Counted from the whole stretch's first letter, positions 11,950 through 23,405 are shown. The stretch is 63,991 nt of DNA, filler included, from Licmophora abbreviata (GCA_900291995.1; 40 parts of 40 records of this genome joined end to end with filler, not necessarily neighbours in it); one strand, 5' to 3'. Notes: generated by a model from the letters alone, not told the origin. Made by a program: numbers and translations.

Positions 11950-13205
11950 ATGAAACGCACCTTGTGTCACAGTTTGGCGATACTGGCGACTCTGATCAGT
12001 CTGAAGTCTGTTTTTGGTCACCAAGTAGTTTCAAATTCAGAGTGCGTATATGCACAGCCTCCACTACTACCGACAACGACTCTGTCCTCCACCTCCCTCT
12101 CTACTGCTTGTTCGTCCTTACGTGGCGGAGGGAGACTCAGCATTCGCCGACGACGACTCAATTCAGTCACGGACAACAACAACAAGCAAAAGAACAACAA
12201 GAAGACAATCATCCCTCCATCCTCGTCTTCCTCGAAATGGGACAATGTCAAACAGCGCACGGTACCCGCGGTTGCCATGCTTGCGGGGGTGGCAGGCTGG
12301 TTGAAGTACTGGGGCATGGAAGGTGGACTGTGTACTCTTATACTCCTTCTTCAAGTCGGCTTGTATCACGAAGTATGCAGCGTTGTCAATAATGATGTCA
12401 AGGAAAATCGAGGAGTCGTCATGAAGTGGTGGTGGTTTGCAACGGTCCTCGTGGGTACCTCGGGCAAGACGTTGCTGTCGCACATGGAATGGCTTCCACC
12501 ATGGCTATCAACCGAACTTTTATGTTACGGTATGGCGGTAGTGAGCCTGGCGACGTTTATCCTGCAACAGAATGCCCCCGATACGACGCCAGAAGACTTT
12601 CGTGAGCATCTCGGCCTACTTGCAAGTAGTCACTTTGCCCTGGTATGTCAAAGGATGCATGCTCGACGTGTACTCTTGGCATCATTTGCCATCGTCGTTG
12701 TTCTCATCATTTATTCTCTCTCTAGTTCATTACCATTGCTCAATCATCCTTTTGGTTTGCAACACTCTTTGAGTTTGGCTGGGAGTGGGTACTTTTTCCG
12801 GCCCTTTTGGTGATTGTCAATGATACCATGGCCTATGTCTTTGGCATGCTGTTTGGCAAGCATGCACTGTTGCCAGTCATTTCACCCAAGAAAACTTGGG
12901 AAGGCTTTGTCGGAGCACTGCTCTCTACCCTACTCGTGAGTCAACCGTTGTGGGACTTTCTAGAAACATGTTCTTCTTCTAGCAGCAGTGGTTCTGCAAT
13001 TGCATCCGTGGAAGGCACAATGATCATTGCCTTGTTTGTAAGTGTCATTGCACCCTTTGGTGGCTTTCTGGCAAGCATCACGAAGCGCGCCTATGACAAG
13101 AAGGACTTTGCTTCGTATATTCCTGGACATGGAGGAGTGGTGGATCGATTCGACTGTCAAGTTGTGACGGCTCCCTTTGTCTACCTGTTCTTGAAGTACT
13201 GCTAG
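11950..13205 (+). CDS. Phosphatidate cytidylyltransferase (CDP-DAG synthase), two exons (11950-12642, 12726-13205), with N-terminal signal peptide
   Basis: NDTMAY, SPKKTWEG, KRAYDKKD..IPGHGGVVDRFDC; GTATGT...CTAG intron restores the frame. Confidence 0.93.
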
Positions 13206-13514
13206 CTACTTTGCGGCATAGTGTAGTGTAGTAGGGAGTAAGAACAATAGATGGTCTATAGCTATGAGAGGCAACAGTCAATGGTGCCGGCATGAACAAG
13301 CATAGTCGGTAAGCCCATCATCCATACGAGTAGGTAAAGTATGATAGTAACTCGAAGCGCCCAAGAATGAATATACCCGTCACATCTTTCGTCAGACAGA
13401 CAGACTGTACCAAGNNNNNNNNNNNNNNNNNNNNNNNNNNNNNNNNNNNNNNNNNNNNTTAATTAATTAANNNNNNNNNNNNNNNNNNNNNNNNNNNNNN
13501 NNNNNNNNNNNNNN

Positions 13515-13715
13515 CATAGTGAGCATGCCCACGGCAGCGCAGAGGTTGCTCCACAGAATCATCTTGTTCAGATGACGAACGTCGGCTTCTCCCTGCTCTT
13601 GTTCTAGCTTGTCGCCCAAGGCGCGAATGTCTTCGGCAAACTTCTGCACGTCAAATTTCTCAATCCATTCTTCGCCATCTTTCAGCTCAGCTCTCTTGGA
13701 AGTCGTACGACACAT
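13515..13715 (-). CDS. Probable membrane fatty-acid desaturase N-terminus (3' truncated)
   Basis: FAEDIRALG...QGEADVRHLNKMILWS resembles acyl-CoA desaturase N-termini; His boxes lie outside the contig. Confidence 0.55.
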
Positions 13716-14138
13716 GGTGATGCACTAAACTTTGGGGGAGAGAGAAGAAGCAAACTTGCTGGGTCGTCAAAAAGAATGGTGAGGTTGACCAAGTGGCAAG
13801 TTGAAAATTGTTTCGACGTATCCAACGACAAAGAGAAGAAAACGCAGACGCGTGTATGGATACGGCGCATTTTGGCGCGCCACGTCGCAACTTTGCACCG
13901 TAGGATTCAGTACACACCATACGTAGAACTACGTGGTCCCATGGAAAGTGTGTGTGTGTGGTGACAGCGACGGTCCACTCTTCGCGAGTCATCACTTTGG
14001 GGTCTTTCCGATTTCGCGGGACTCGACTCAAATGAAACAGAGACGTGGCGATCACAGATCAAGGCGAAGGTACTGGTATCATACGACCATGGAAGGCCTC
14101 AAAGACTAGATGACAGTAGCAGCGAGGGGAAGCTATAC

Positions 14139-15032
14139 TTGTCAAGAATAGATAGCTCGAGGATGATTCAATCGCTTTCTGTCTCGACTACTATTTCCGA
14201 TGCGGTCAAGTCTCTGGTACAGGATTCGTTCGCGATTTACCGGCTGGATCGAGAAGACGAGACCGCCAAAGCCATCGACCGTGCGAGAGTGGCAGCAAAC
14301 GAGCTCTTTCATTCGGAAGAGTCTGTCAAACTCAAGTGCCATCGTCTTATCATTGACGGTCATTTACATGGCATGAATATTCCATCCAGTGCCAAGAAGT
14401 TGTTTCGGGCGTTCTGTGGATCCAAGAGACAACCCTGGCCCAACTCAGAGTTTCAGGAGGCCTCAACTCTGCTCTCCAATTTACTGCATGGCTTGCTGAT
14501 ACAGTGCTGTCGCGAAATCGATTCTTGGACAGTCGAGAGCCGCGACGAAAAGACAAGAAATCCACCAAAACTGCCAACTCCTTGCCTGATAGAGGATTGC
14601 GTGCATCTTCCTTTGACGGCAGAAAACACAACTCATTGTCCGCTAGACTTCTTTCTCTATCACGGACTACAAGAAGGCGGTAATCCACTACTGCGCAACT
14701 GTACAGAGCATGTCGACCGAGGACTGCTGATTGCGGTCTGTCTCTCAACAGTGCCGGGATTGGAGGTGTTATTGTCGCGACAAGGAGAATCCTTCGTGTG
14801 TCCCGAAGAGATGCTTCATACCAATACGGAACCATCCTCATTCGATCCGGGGTCAACCCCATCGTCATCGCCCATCAAGAGCACATCACGGTATATTTGT
14901 ATCATGGTGGGAGATGAATTGCAGCGGATTCGACCTGACATACCATCTTGTGTGCATCGAGTTCGAGACGAGTTGGAAGGCGAACGACTTTCCATCACGT
15001 ACGAATTACGAACCGCTCCTAAAAGCACATGA
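14139..15032 (+). CDS. 2-oxoglutarate/Fe(II) dioxygenase-like protein
   Basis: HVD.GLL, GLEV, MVGD.L, HRV, RLS motifs. Confidence 0.65.
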   Translation: MSRIDSSRMIQSLSVSTTISDAVKSLVQDSFAIYRLDREDETAKAIDRARVAANELFHSEESVKLKCHRLIIDGHLHGMNIPSSAKKLFRAFCGSKRQPWPNSEFQEASTLLSNLLHGLLIQCCREIDSWTVESRDEKTRNPPKLPTPCLIEDCVHLPLTAENTTHCPLDFFLYHGLQEGGNPLLRNCTEHVDRGLLIAVCLSTVPGLEVLLSRQGESFVCPEEMLHTNTEPSSFDPGSTPSSSPIKSTSRYICIMVGDELQRIRPDIPSCVHRVRDELEGERLSITYELRTAPKST

Positions 15033-15272
15033 GCCTTTTTGTCACAATACTGAAAACTAGTCTAGTAGNNNNNNNNNNNNNNNNNNNNNNNNNNNNNNNN
15101 NNNNNNNNNNNNTTAATTAATTAANNNNNNNNNNNNNNNNNNNNNNNNNNNNNNNNNNNNNNNNNNNNCCATTGACCCTGATGAACCCTGATGACACCAG
15201 TCGCATTGTGGATTCAGTACATTCTCACTGTGCCCAGTGCCCTGCTCTCAAATTGCGCCGTTGCCGCTCACC

Positions 15273-16070
15273 ATGTCATCACTGACCGTTCGTAGACGCG
15301 CTTCTGCGGATCCGATCGGCGATGGGCCCGAGAGTGCTGGTCTGATGTCGTCGGATGCCGATGAAAAGGCGGGCAAGCTGCGCCGCGATGACAACGGACG
15401 CACCGCGACGGCCCTGGCAGTTCTGGGGGTACTCAGCTTGGTCTTTCTCGTAGGAATGGTGAAGTTGCGCCACAACCACTCATATCGAGGACCTCATTCA
15501 TTACGGAAACAACACGAATTTTCGAAATTGGCTCAGGGACATGACACTGCAGCCACATTCTTGCCCCCGAATTCGATTTACCGCTTGTCTGTGGAGGACG
15601 GCCAGGGTGAGATGGCGTCACTGGAAAAATACGCGGGTCTTGTTAGTCTTGTTGTGAATGTGGCGTCGCAGTGAGGCAAGACGCAGGTATCGTACGCGCA
15701 GTTGAGCCAATTGCAGGCACGATACGAGTCGCAGGGCTTCGTTGTCCTGGCCTTTCCAACGGACGACTTTCATCAAGAGCTGGATAGCAACGAACTAATT
15801 CAGGAGTTTGTCAAAGATAACTTTCCACAGGCCAAATTTCCTGTCATGGGAACGTCGTCACTAGAGACCAATCCGGTCTATCAGCAGCTACGGCGGCAAC
15901 TCCCACAGGAGCAGGTGCGACATAATTTTTTCAAGTATCTCGTCAATCGAAAGGGTGTCGCGATTCAGCTTTACAACAAAAAGCAGGATCCCTTGTCGTT
16001 CGAAGATGAAATTGAAGCTTTGCTGAATGCGGAGGAGGATGGCGTCCCTCGCAAGTATACGACTCACTAA
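15273..16070 (+). CDS. Selenocysteine glutathione peroxidase with N-terminal TM anchor (in-frame UGA at 15672-15674)
   Basis: VVNVASQ-UGA-GKT reads in frame into VLAFPTDDFHQE and HNFFKYLV; the UGA is at the GPx catalytic position. Confidence 0.92.
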
Positions 16071-16121
16071 ATCTACAGACGAGCAGACAAACGAAAGACC
16101 ATTGCGGTACGAAGGAAACAC

Positions 16122-16176
16122 TGCGGAATGACAGTCTCTCGAGATGCCGCAATCATCGAGGAGGCTTGAACCAGCA
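16122..16176 (+). promoter_or_regulatory. Candidate eukaryotic SECIS element in the GPx 3' UTR
   Basis: ATGAC/TGAA kink-turn core; helix AGTCTCTCGA/TCGAGGAGGCT (one bulge); lower helix TGCGG/CCAGCA. Confidence 0.75.
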
Positions 16177-16823
16177 TACACTTTCCATCGTGCATTAGCT
16201 TGTCGGCTGCTTCGATATGGCGACGATACCATAATAAAGAAGGAGATTGATGGTACGAGCACGTACACGAGCAAGAATGAGACTAGGACGTAAACGTGAA
16301 TGTGATTGATTGCAATGATTCTTTTCTATCTAACGCTAAAGACGTTTTTGATATGATTAATAATACGAGAAATGCGGCCCTTGAGTGAGAAGTAATAAGC
16401 TGACCACAGGCGGATTTAAGTCCGGTTAGCAGAGTGTTCTTTAGAATACTCGTAGCTACGACGGCGATGGTTACGGAAGGCTTGCCAAGAAGAGTAGCAA
16501 CCGTCTTCAGTGCCAATCCTGAAGGCAGGAGCAGAAGCGTGTCGGTAAAAGGGACCCATTGAGGGTCTCATCGACTAGCTGACGCGCGGCGGCTTGCCTG
16601 GCTTCGTCTTCTGTTGGACGACAGAAGTGAAGTCGACGTTTCTCTCTCTCGTGAGACGAGGGACGGACTGATAAAACCCGGAGACTCGTACGACTGAAAA
16701 GAGATCGTGTGCGTCATTTACTGNNNNNNNNNNNNNNNNNNNNNNNNNNNNNNNNNNNNNNNNNNNNTTAATTAATTAANNNNNNNNNNNNNNNNNNNNN
16801 NNNNNNNNNNNNNNNNNNNNNNN

Positions 16824-18371
16824 GAGACGAAGAATCGGCCGAACTGTCGTTCGCGGGCCATCAGGAAGCGGTGCGCGGAACGAGGGATTGCGCTGCCACT
16901 AGATGCGAATGGCAACTCGCGCTGCCTGCCCTACCACATTGTAGGGCAGTGCAATGAAAATTGTGGCAACAAAGCAGATCACCGCCACGACCACAGGGAG
17001 GAAGAGCAGGCCTCCCTGTTGGCGTGGTGTGATACCAACTGGCATCCTGAATAGGATGCCGGCAATGGCAGAGCGTTCGGGGGCGCTCGCCAAGAGCCAT
17101 TTTTCTCGCTGTCGACGACCTCGACAGCACCGCCACCCCCGCAGGCGGAGTCCCATAGTAGTAGTCAGCAACGTCCCCGTCCAGTCAAGCGCCGGGCGGT
17201 GGACATTGCTAGAACAGTTCATGTTAAGAATGATAAACTAGGTAAGAGTATACACCTAGATTTAGCGCTTCTGCATCGGCACGGTCTCACTACGCTTCTA
17301 CGCCTGCGACAGGGAGCTGGTGACTGGGGCAATCTACGCGCGGTGCGTCACCATCCGGCGCACCGCCTCTTGAGACACTACAGCGCTCATGGTGTCCCGG
17401 TCACCCTTGCCGACGCTCCCTGGTCGTACGGCGAGAAGATATCAAGCATCACTCGCGGGCCCCACAAGTCCGCCTACGAGCATTTGGAGTTCCTTCGGGA
17501 TGACATGGCAGACATGGTAACCAAAGGGTTCTGGGTGGTCCTCCCTTTTGCGGCAGTCCAGCACGAGCCAGGCTTGCGCATCAGTCCAATTGGGGTGGTA
17601 CCGCAGTCGGGGCGTCGATCTCGCCCGATCGTTGACTACACGTACTCCGGCGTGAATGACGTGACCCAACCCAACGCTCCCATGGAAGCGATGCAGTTTG
17701 GGCGGGCGCTCGATCGGATGCTGAGACGAATACTGCTGGCGGACCCGGCCAAGGGCCAGGTCCACCTCATGAAAGTGGACCTAGCCGATGGGTTCTACCG
17801 GATGCACCTCAGCCCCCGTAGTGCGCCTACCCTCGCTGTGTCCTTTCCAAGTCTCCCTGGTGAGCCGCCTCTCGTGGCTATCCCGACCAGACTTCCCATG
17901 GGCTGGAAGTTATCGCCGCCTTTGTTCTGTGCCGCTACAGAAACCATAGCGGACGTTACCAACCTGCAACTGCTTCGCCACGTTACCGCGTTGCCACACA
18001 CGCTCGATGACATCGCATCCAGTCCACCGCTCCCACCGCGTCCATCTTCGCCCGTGGATACCAACGTTGCCGTGCCAGTCCCCACTATCGCCGACCCTCA
18101 TCTGAACCCGGGCCGACGCCGGCGGCTGGCCTACGTTGACATCTACATGGACGACTTTTTGGGAGCAGTGCAAGGATCACCCGCCGCTCAGCAAAACCTG
18201 CGGCGTCTATTAATGCACAACATCGACAGCGTCTTCCGCCCTCTCCAAGCCCAAGATCCTCCAGCTCGTAAGGAACCCATCTCGGTCAAGAAGTTAAAAC
18301 AAGGCGATGCCGCCTGGTCCACCCAAAAGGAGGTGTTAGGCTGGCTCATAGACACTCACGCTATGACAGTA
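16824..18371 (+). mobile_element. DIRS-order (tyrosine recombinase) retrotransposon fragment A: gag end (stop 17052-17054) and RT
   Basis: gag C-x2-Y-H..C-x3-C-x5-H finger; RISPIGVVPQ, KVDLADGFY, LPMGW..SP, YMDD, LGW.ID. Confidence 0.9.
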
Positions 18372-18471
18372 NNNNNNNNNNNNNNNNNNNNNNNNNNNNN
18401 NNNNNNNNNNNNNNNTTAATTAATTAANNNNNNNNNNNNNNNNNNNNNNNNNNNNNNNNNNNNNNNNNNNN

Positions 18472-19636
18472 TGCTTTGTCAAACGAACACACAACTTCTT
18501 CACATCGAGCAAGGACGGCACGGTGAGATTTTGGGACGGTGATCGCTTTGAGCTGATTTTGCTCCTAACTGGGCATTGTGCGGAAGTGAACTGCTTGGCC
18601 GTCAGCCGTACCGGTGCCTTTGTTCTAAGTGGAGGCATGGACCGACAAGTCCGTGTATGGGAGCGTACAAAAGATATTGTCTTTCTTGAGGAAGAGCGGG
18701 AGCGGGAGCTTGAGAGAATGTTTGATGCGGACGGGGCGAAAGGAGACAAGCGTGCGACGGCGAATCTCATGAGTCGAAACGACCAGGACGGAATGGACAG
18801 CGACGAGGAAGATGGTGGGGATGCAGCGTTGCCACAGAGCGAGGCGGCTGTTAGAAAGAGCGTCATGAGTGTCTCGTCGGGCGACCGGATCATTGAATGT
18901 CTCGAGCGAGCAGACGAAGAGATGAAGGAAATCACCATTTTACGTCGAAGCCAAGGCGGCGCCGACAAGAAAAGAATGCCAAACCCAATGCTGCTCGGTC
19001 TTGATCCTCCATTGTATGTTCTATGGGTGTTGCGCACAATACAGAGCGCCCATCTGGAACAGAGCCTGCTTGTCCTCCCTCTCAATCATATGGAGCGACT
19101 CGTTTACTACCTTATTGTGCTGCTAAAGATGGGGCGAGGAGTTGAACTGTGCTCCAGAGTCGCTGTTTTCCTAGTCAAGATTCATCAAAATCAGGTACGT
19201 TTTAGACGCAGGAGCTCTTGTGCCCGCTAAAGACACCAGCGCAGTGACGAATCCTTTACCTGTCAGACTTGTACTGTTGATCAAAATTCCTGAGCGCGAA
19301 ATGAAATAGAGGCCCCAATACCTCTACGATGAGAACTCACACCCCAGTGATATGTCTTCTTGTCTACTTCCTTCTCAGCTTATCGCAACTCGAACACTGG
19401 CAACGCCGCTCCGTGAGCTCAGGCGACTGCTTCGCATGCGACTTTCCGAAGCCCGCGATACCGTCGGGTTCAATCTTGCGGCATTGCGCATCATCGCAAA
19501 GGTCGCACGCGATCGAAAGTCGTCTTTCTTTAACCCCGAAGAGCAACATCAGAATTCTGTATGGGCGGGTATGGGACTCGGTAGCGATGTTGCCGCTGCG
19601 CTGGAAGATCGTAGGGGACGAAAGAATCGTAGCTGA
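18472..19636 (+). CDS. DIP2: WD40 U3 snoRNP protein Utp12/Dip2/WDR3, C-terminal part (intron 19195-19378)
   Basis: WD repeats (SKDGTVRFWD, GH.AEV, GMDRQVRVW), FLEEERE, LEQSLLVLP, RDTVGFNLAAL. Confidence 0.9.
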
Positions 19637-19654
19637 AACTATCTAGAGACTTAG

Positions 19655-20019
19655 CTAGGCCTTATTCGTCAGCCCCTTCTTCGCGAGCATAAAGTTAATG
19701 TCAGGGTCGCGTCCACGGAACCGCCGGAAGAGCTCGTCGGGTGCCACAGTGTTCCCCGACGAGTAAATGAACTTGCGCGCATTCATTGAAGTCTTTGGAT
19801 CAAAGATATTGCCGGTCTCCTCAAAAGCAGCGAAGACGTCGGCATCCAGAACCTCCGCCCACAAATATACATAGTAACCAGCAGCGTAGTGAGAACTGGC
19901 AAACAAGTGTTGAAAGTGAGCCGGTCGGTGGCGCATGACAATCCCCTTGGGCATACCAAGACGCTCCAGTTCCCTCTTCTCGAACTCGTTCATATCGAAA
20001 TTCGTGTAATCCTCAATCT
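19655..20019 (-). CDS. Peptidase M3 (peptidyl-dipeptidase Dcp-like) C-terminus
   Basis: HFQHLF...YAAGYYVYLWAEVLDAD, FRGRDP. Confidence 0.9.
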
Positions 20020-20119
20020 NNNNNNNNNNNNNNNNNNNNNNNNNNNNNNNNNNNNNNNNNNNNTTAATTAATTAANNNNNNNNNNNNNNNNNNNNNNNNN
20101 NNNNNNNNNNNNNNNNNNN

Positions 20120-21550
20120 GCACCGAATCTACCTCGATTGCATTCGATACTCCATGAGTGATGCTTGCAGCCGAACTGGTAGCACTCATCCACTCACTAC
20201 TACTTCCATTCATCAACTCACTACTACCTCCGGCGGTATGTCCTTCCTCTGTCATCACGACGAGTTGGGCATGCACCACAACCAGTTTACCCAATCGAAC
20301 AACTCCTACATTGTACTTGGAAGTACTCTTCATCAATTCCAATGCTTTCTCACGATCGCAATTGCCCTGCTGCGACTTGGCCTCCACCAATCCCTGTATC
20401 GTCGTCCTCGTCGACCCCAACACGTGTCTGCCATGCTCCTGTATCACATCCACAATGGAAATTTGCAATTCTCGTTGTAGTTCGTTATTGCAGAGTATAC
20501 TCAAATTCAGCAATTCCGGTTCCCACAGTGGATTGAGTGTATTGTACGCACGGGGAGATCGCCACACGAGACCCCATCCATCTTGGGTATGTCCGCGTTG
20601 TTTGCGACGAATTTCGATACAAAAGTCGGGACGTTCCAAGAAATTACGGCGGGTCGAGTGTAAGCGAAAGCCGCGGAGTTGCAGTCGAAGATGTGAATAC
20701 TGGCAGGGTGGTAGGCACTCTTCGAGGCGAATATAGAGTCTGTATTAAGCAAACAAGTGACAAATGATGTAAGTCGTGGACCAGAGATACTGTCGTCCTA
20801 CCATAGACTGATTTTGCCGCTGATGTTGGATCCTACCTCCCACGTTCTTGCCCCGGCAGTCGTTCAGAAATCATGCAATCACGATGCGATAGGATGGTTT
20901 CCACGTCAAAGAGCAGTCCACACAGCTGTTGTTGTTGTTGTTGTTGTTGTTGCTGTTGTTGCTGTTGTTGTTGTTGTGCAGGATAATTCTCGGACGAGGA
21001 AGCAGCAGCATCATGCATCCTCTTAGTAGTGTCGAAGGATGGCGAATGATAAATATCAATGGCAATTCGATGTTCCGTCCCACGAACGTGATTCAGGAAC
21101 AAAACAGTGGACCATTCGGGACTTTCGCATTGTGGAATACTGTCATTGTAAGAGTAACGGATGAATGAGCGATGCATCATGGTGAGGCAAGAGGAGTACT
21201 AATGATGAGTCATGCGATGGAACAACGTAGCCCAACATTGAAACATAGCTAACGACGACGACATGTACTGTGCACCAATCTTCTGAAACTACTTACACTT
21301 CCGTGGTTCCAATTAGGTCCTTTTGAATTCCCAAGACACGCCCAAGCGCGTGCACATGACTGATTGCAGCATGCGCGTTGGGTTGTGTGCTCTTTTTGGC
21401 AATACGTATGGGACGCAAGACTCGCTGCGACAGTTGGGATGCTCTTGTTGTTGTGCTGGGCCTCCTCCTGGCATGTGGGAGATGTTCGGCTCGTACCAGA
21501 ACTTGGAGTCTAACAGTATCATCAATTGTATTCTGTGGTGGAAGGGACAT
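20120..21550 (-). CDS. Multi-exon C2-domain (copine-like) protein, 3' truncated; exon boundaries not fully resolved
   Basis: LIGTTEV exon end, SPEWSTVLFL, NTLNPLWEP..L..LCN, LGSTRTTIQ, GKLVV. Confidence 0.65.
20926..20976. repeat. (GTT/GCT)n microsatellite encoding poly-Q or poly-N on the minus strand
   Basis: Direct trinucleotide run. Confidence 0.9.
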
Positions 21551-21762
21551 GATGTTGCTGCTGATGAGGATGACAAAAGATGACGAGAGACGTCTCCATC
21601 ATCGACGTCGCATCGTCCACCAGACTTTTTTGTTGACAGTTCCATTTTTGATTTTGAGACGNNNNNNNNNNNNNNNNNNNNNNNNNNNNNNNNNNNNNNN
21701 NNNNNTTAATTAATTAANNNNNNNNNNNNNNNNNNNNNNNNNNNNNNNNNNNNNNNNNNNNT

Positions 21763-22071
21763 TGTTGGAGATAGTGTCACAGGAGTCCGATCGGTCGACG
21801 ACAGACGTGCGAACAAGGTTGAGGTTGGCGCGAAGAAGATCCGGAGCAGCTTGCGTTCGTATGCACACGTCGTCAGTTGTGGTTCTTCGAATGAGACGAA
21901 AATGCACGAAAAGCGAGTTTCGTGGCCGTCTCATTCTCTGGAAATAATCCCATCGTAGGATTGAGTTTGTATTTACTCTCTCGTTACGGATCGTTGTATA
22001 GATACCATCACTGAGCGTCATCCGCGGGCTAAGGGTCCACGGGTCGTGATCAGGATTTATTCAGCCTAACA
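21763..22071 (+). mobile_element. Putative 5' LTR (TGTTGG...CTAACA, about 309 bp) of Copia-like element A
   Basis: TG...CA ends with imperfect terminal inverted repeat; contig starts at the boundary; upstream of gag. Confidence 0.65.
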
Positions 22072-22122
22072 TTATTTCCAGAGAAAAAGGTTTTTCTGTC
22101 GTCTCTCTTGTGGACACGGTAT

Positions 22123-22470
22123 ATGACGAACGACATCGACGACCTGCTCAGACAGTTAGAAGTTCTACGCCTTGAAGAGACGAGGATCATCCGACGTATC
22201 GTGCAGGAGAGGGAAATCGTCGGGGATCGCGTCGGAGGAACGGGAACAGGAGCACGTCCAAGGACGAGGGACGGCGTGAACGCTTTCCAAATCGGCGACC
22301 GGGTGCGGATTACCAATCGCGTGAGAAACGCCATCGGTGTACCCACGTCGAACCCAGGCGACGCTACCGGGGTAGTGACGCGCATCACGGGACAACGCGT
22401 TCACCTCAGGACAGATCGCGGGAACGTGACGAACAGAGCGCCACACAATCTCACCCGGACGGATGAGTGA
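22123..22470 (+). CDS. Extra 115-aa ORF upstream of gag with a coiled coil and KOW/SH3-like domain
   Basis: FQIGDRVRITN...TGVVTRIT..RVHLRTD.G; stop overlaps the gag start (ATGAGTGA). Confidence 0.65.
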   Translation: MTNDIDDLLRQLEVLRLEETRIIRRIVQEREIVGDRVGGTGTGARPRTRDGVNAFQIGDRVRITNRVRNAIGVPTSNPGDATGVVTRITGQRVHLRTDRGNVTNRAPHNLTRTDE

Positions 22471-23305
22471 GCCAAACGACGGTGCGAGCACCGGAGCCAG
22501 CCGGCCGAGTGAAGGCCGCGGCGGACGAGGGGGCCGAGGTGCACCCCGGCGAGGCGGGGGACGCGGTGGCACAGGTAGTGGGCGTCCCTATGGAGGAAAC
22601 CGAGGATCGGGACCGGTGACGCCGGCGACCACCTTCAAGGGGAACACAACAGGTATGAACGGGCACGTGTTCCAAGTCTTCGGTGAGCAGACCGACCCCC
22701 AACAATTCCAACGTACCACCGACATGTTGAAGGAGTATTCGGCCAAAGAGCAGTCCTTCCCAGGAGACATCGCAGGTTTCTTTGTTGACCTTGAGAAGCC
22801 AACCATCGCCGAGCCAGCGGACCTGCCAGAAGAGGAGACCAACCGGCTTAAGGTCCTGATCTTCGAAAAAGCGGTCGCCTCTTACTGTCGACGGGTTGAT
22901 CAGCTCGACAGCAACATGAAGGCACTGTATGCAATCGCCTGGGGACAGTGTAGCGAGGCTATGCAGTCAAAGCTGATGGGTATCAGTGGATATGAGGCCA
23001 GGAGCAGGGAGCAAGATCTATCATGGCTACTCAAGGAGATCAAGGGCATCACCAGCAACTTCGAGAGTCAGCGCTACATCTTCGTCGGAATTGACGAGGC
23101 CAAGACGGCCCTCTTCTCGTACGTCCAAGGACCACACGAGACAAACGCAGCCTACTTCAAAAGCTTCAGGTCGAAGGTTGAAGTGCTCGAACACTACGGT
23201 GGATCGTTCGGACATGACCCGGCCCTCCTAGCCAGCATCAGGGACAAGGCAGGCGCACCAACGGATGAGGATGCGATCCTCAAGGCGGCGCGCGACCAGG
23301 CACTA
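22463..23305 (+). mobile_element. gag of diatom Copia (CoDi)-like LTR retrotransposon A, 3' truncated
   Basis: RGG-rich N-terminus, FKG...GHVF, WGQCSEAMQSKL, Q...E.NAAY...F. Confidence 0.75.
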
Positions 23306-23405
23306 NNNNNNNNNNNNNNNNNNNNNNNNNNNNNNNNNNNNNNNNNNNNTTAATTAATTAANNNNNNNNNNNNNNNNNNNNNNNNNNNNNNNNNNNNNNN
23401 NNNNN

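Noticed and set aside
16620..16723. Hammerhead-like CTGAT...GAAA near a contig end
   Set aside because: The core reads CTGATAA, not CTGANGA, and the flanking stems are not convincing.
21860..21930. Hammerhead ribozyme in LTR A (CTGACGA on the minus strand)
   Set aside because: No correctly placed GAAA and stem II/III could be built, and the pairings are explained by simple hairpins.
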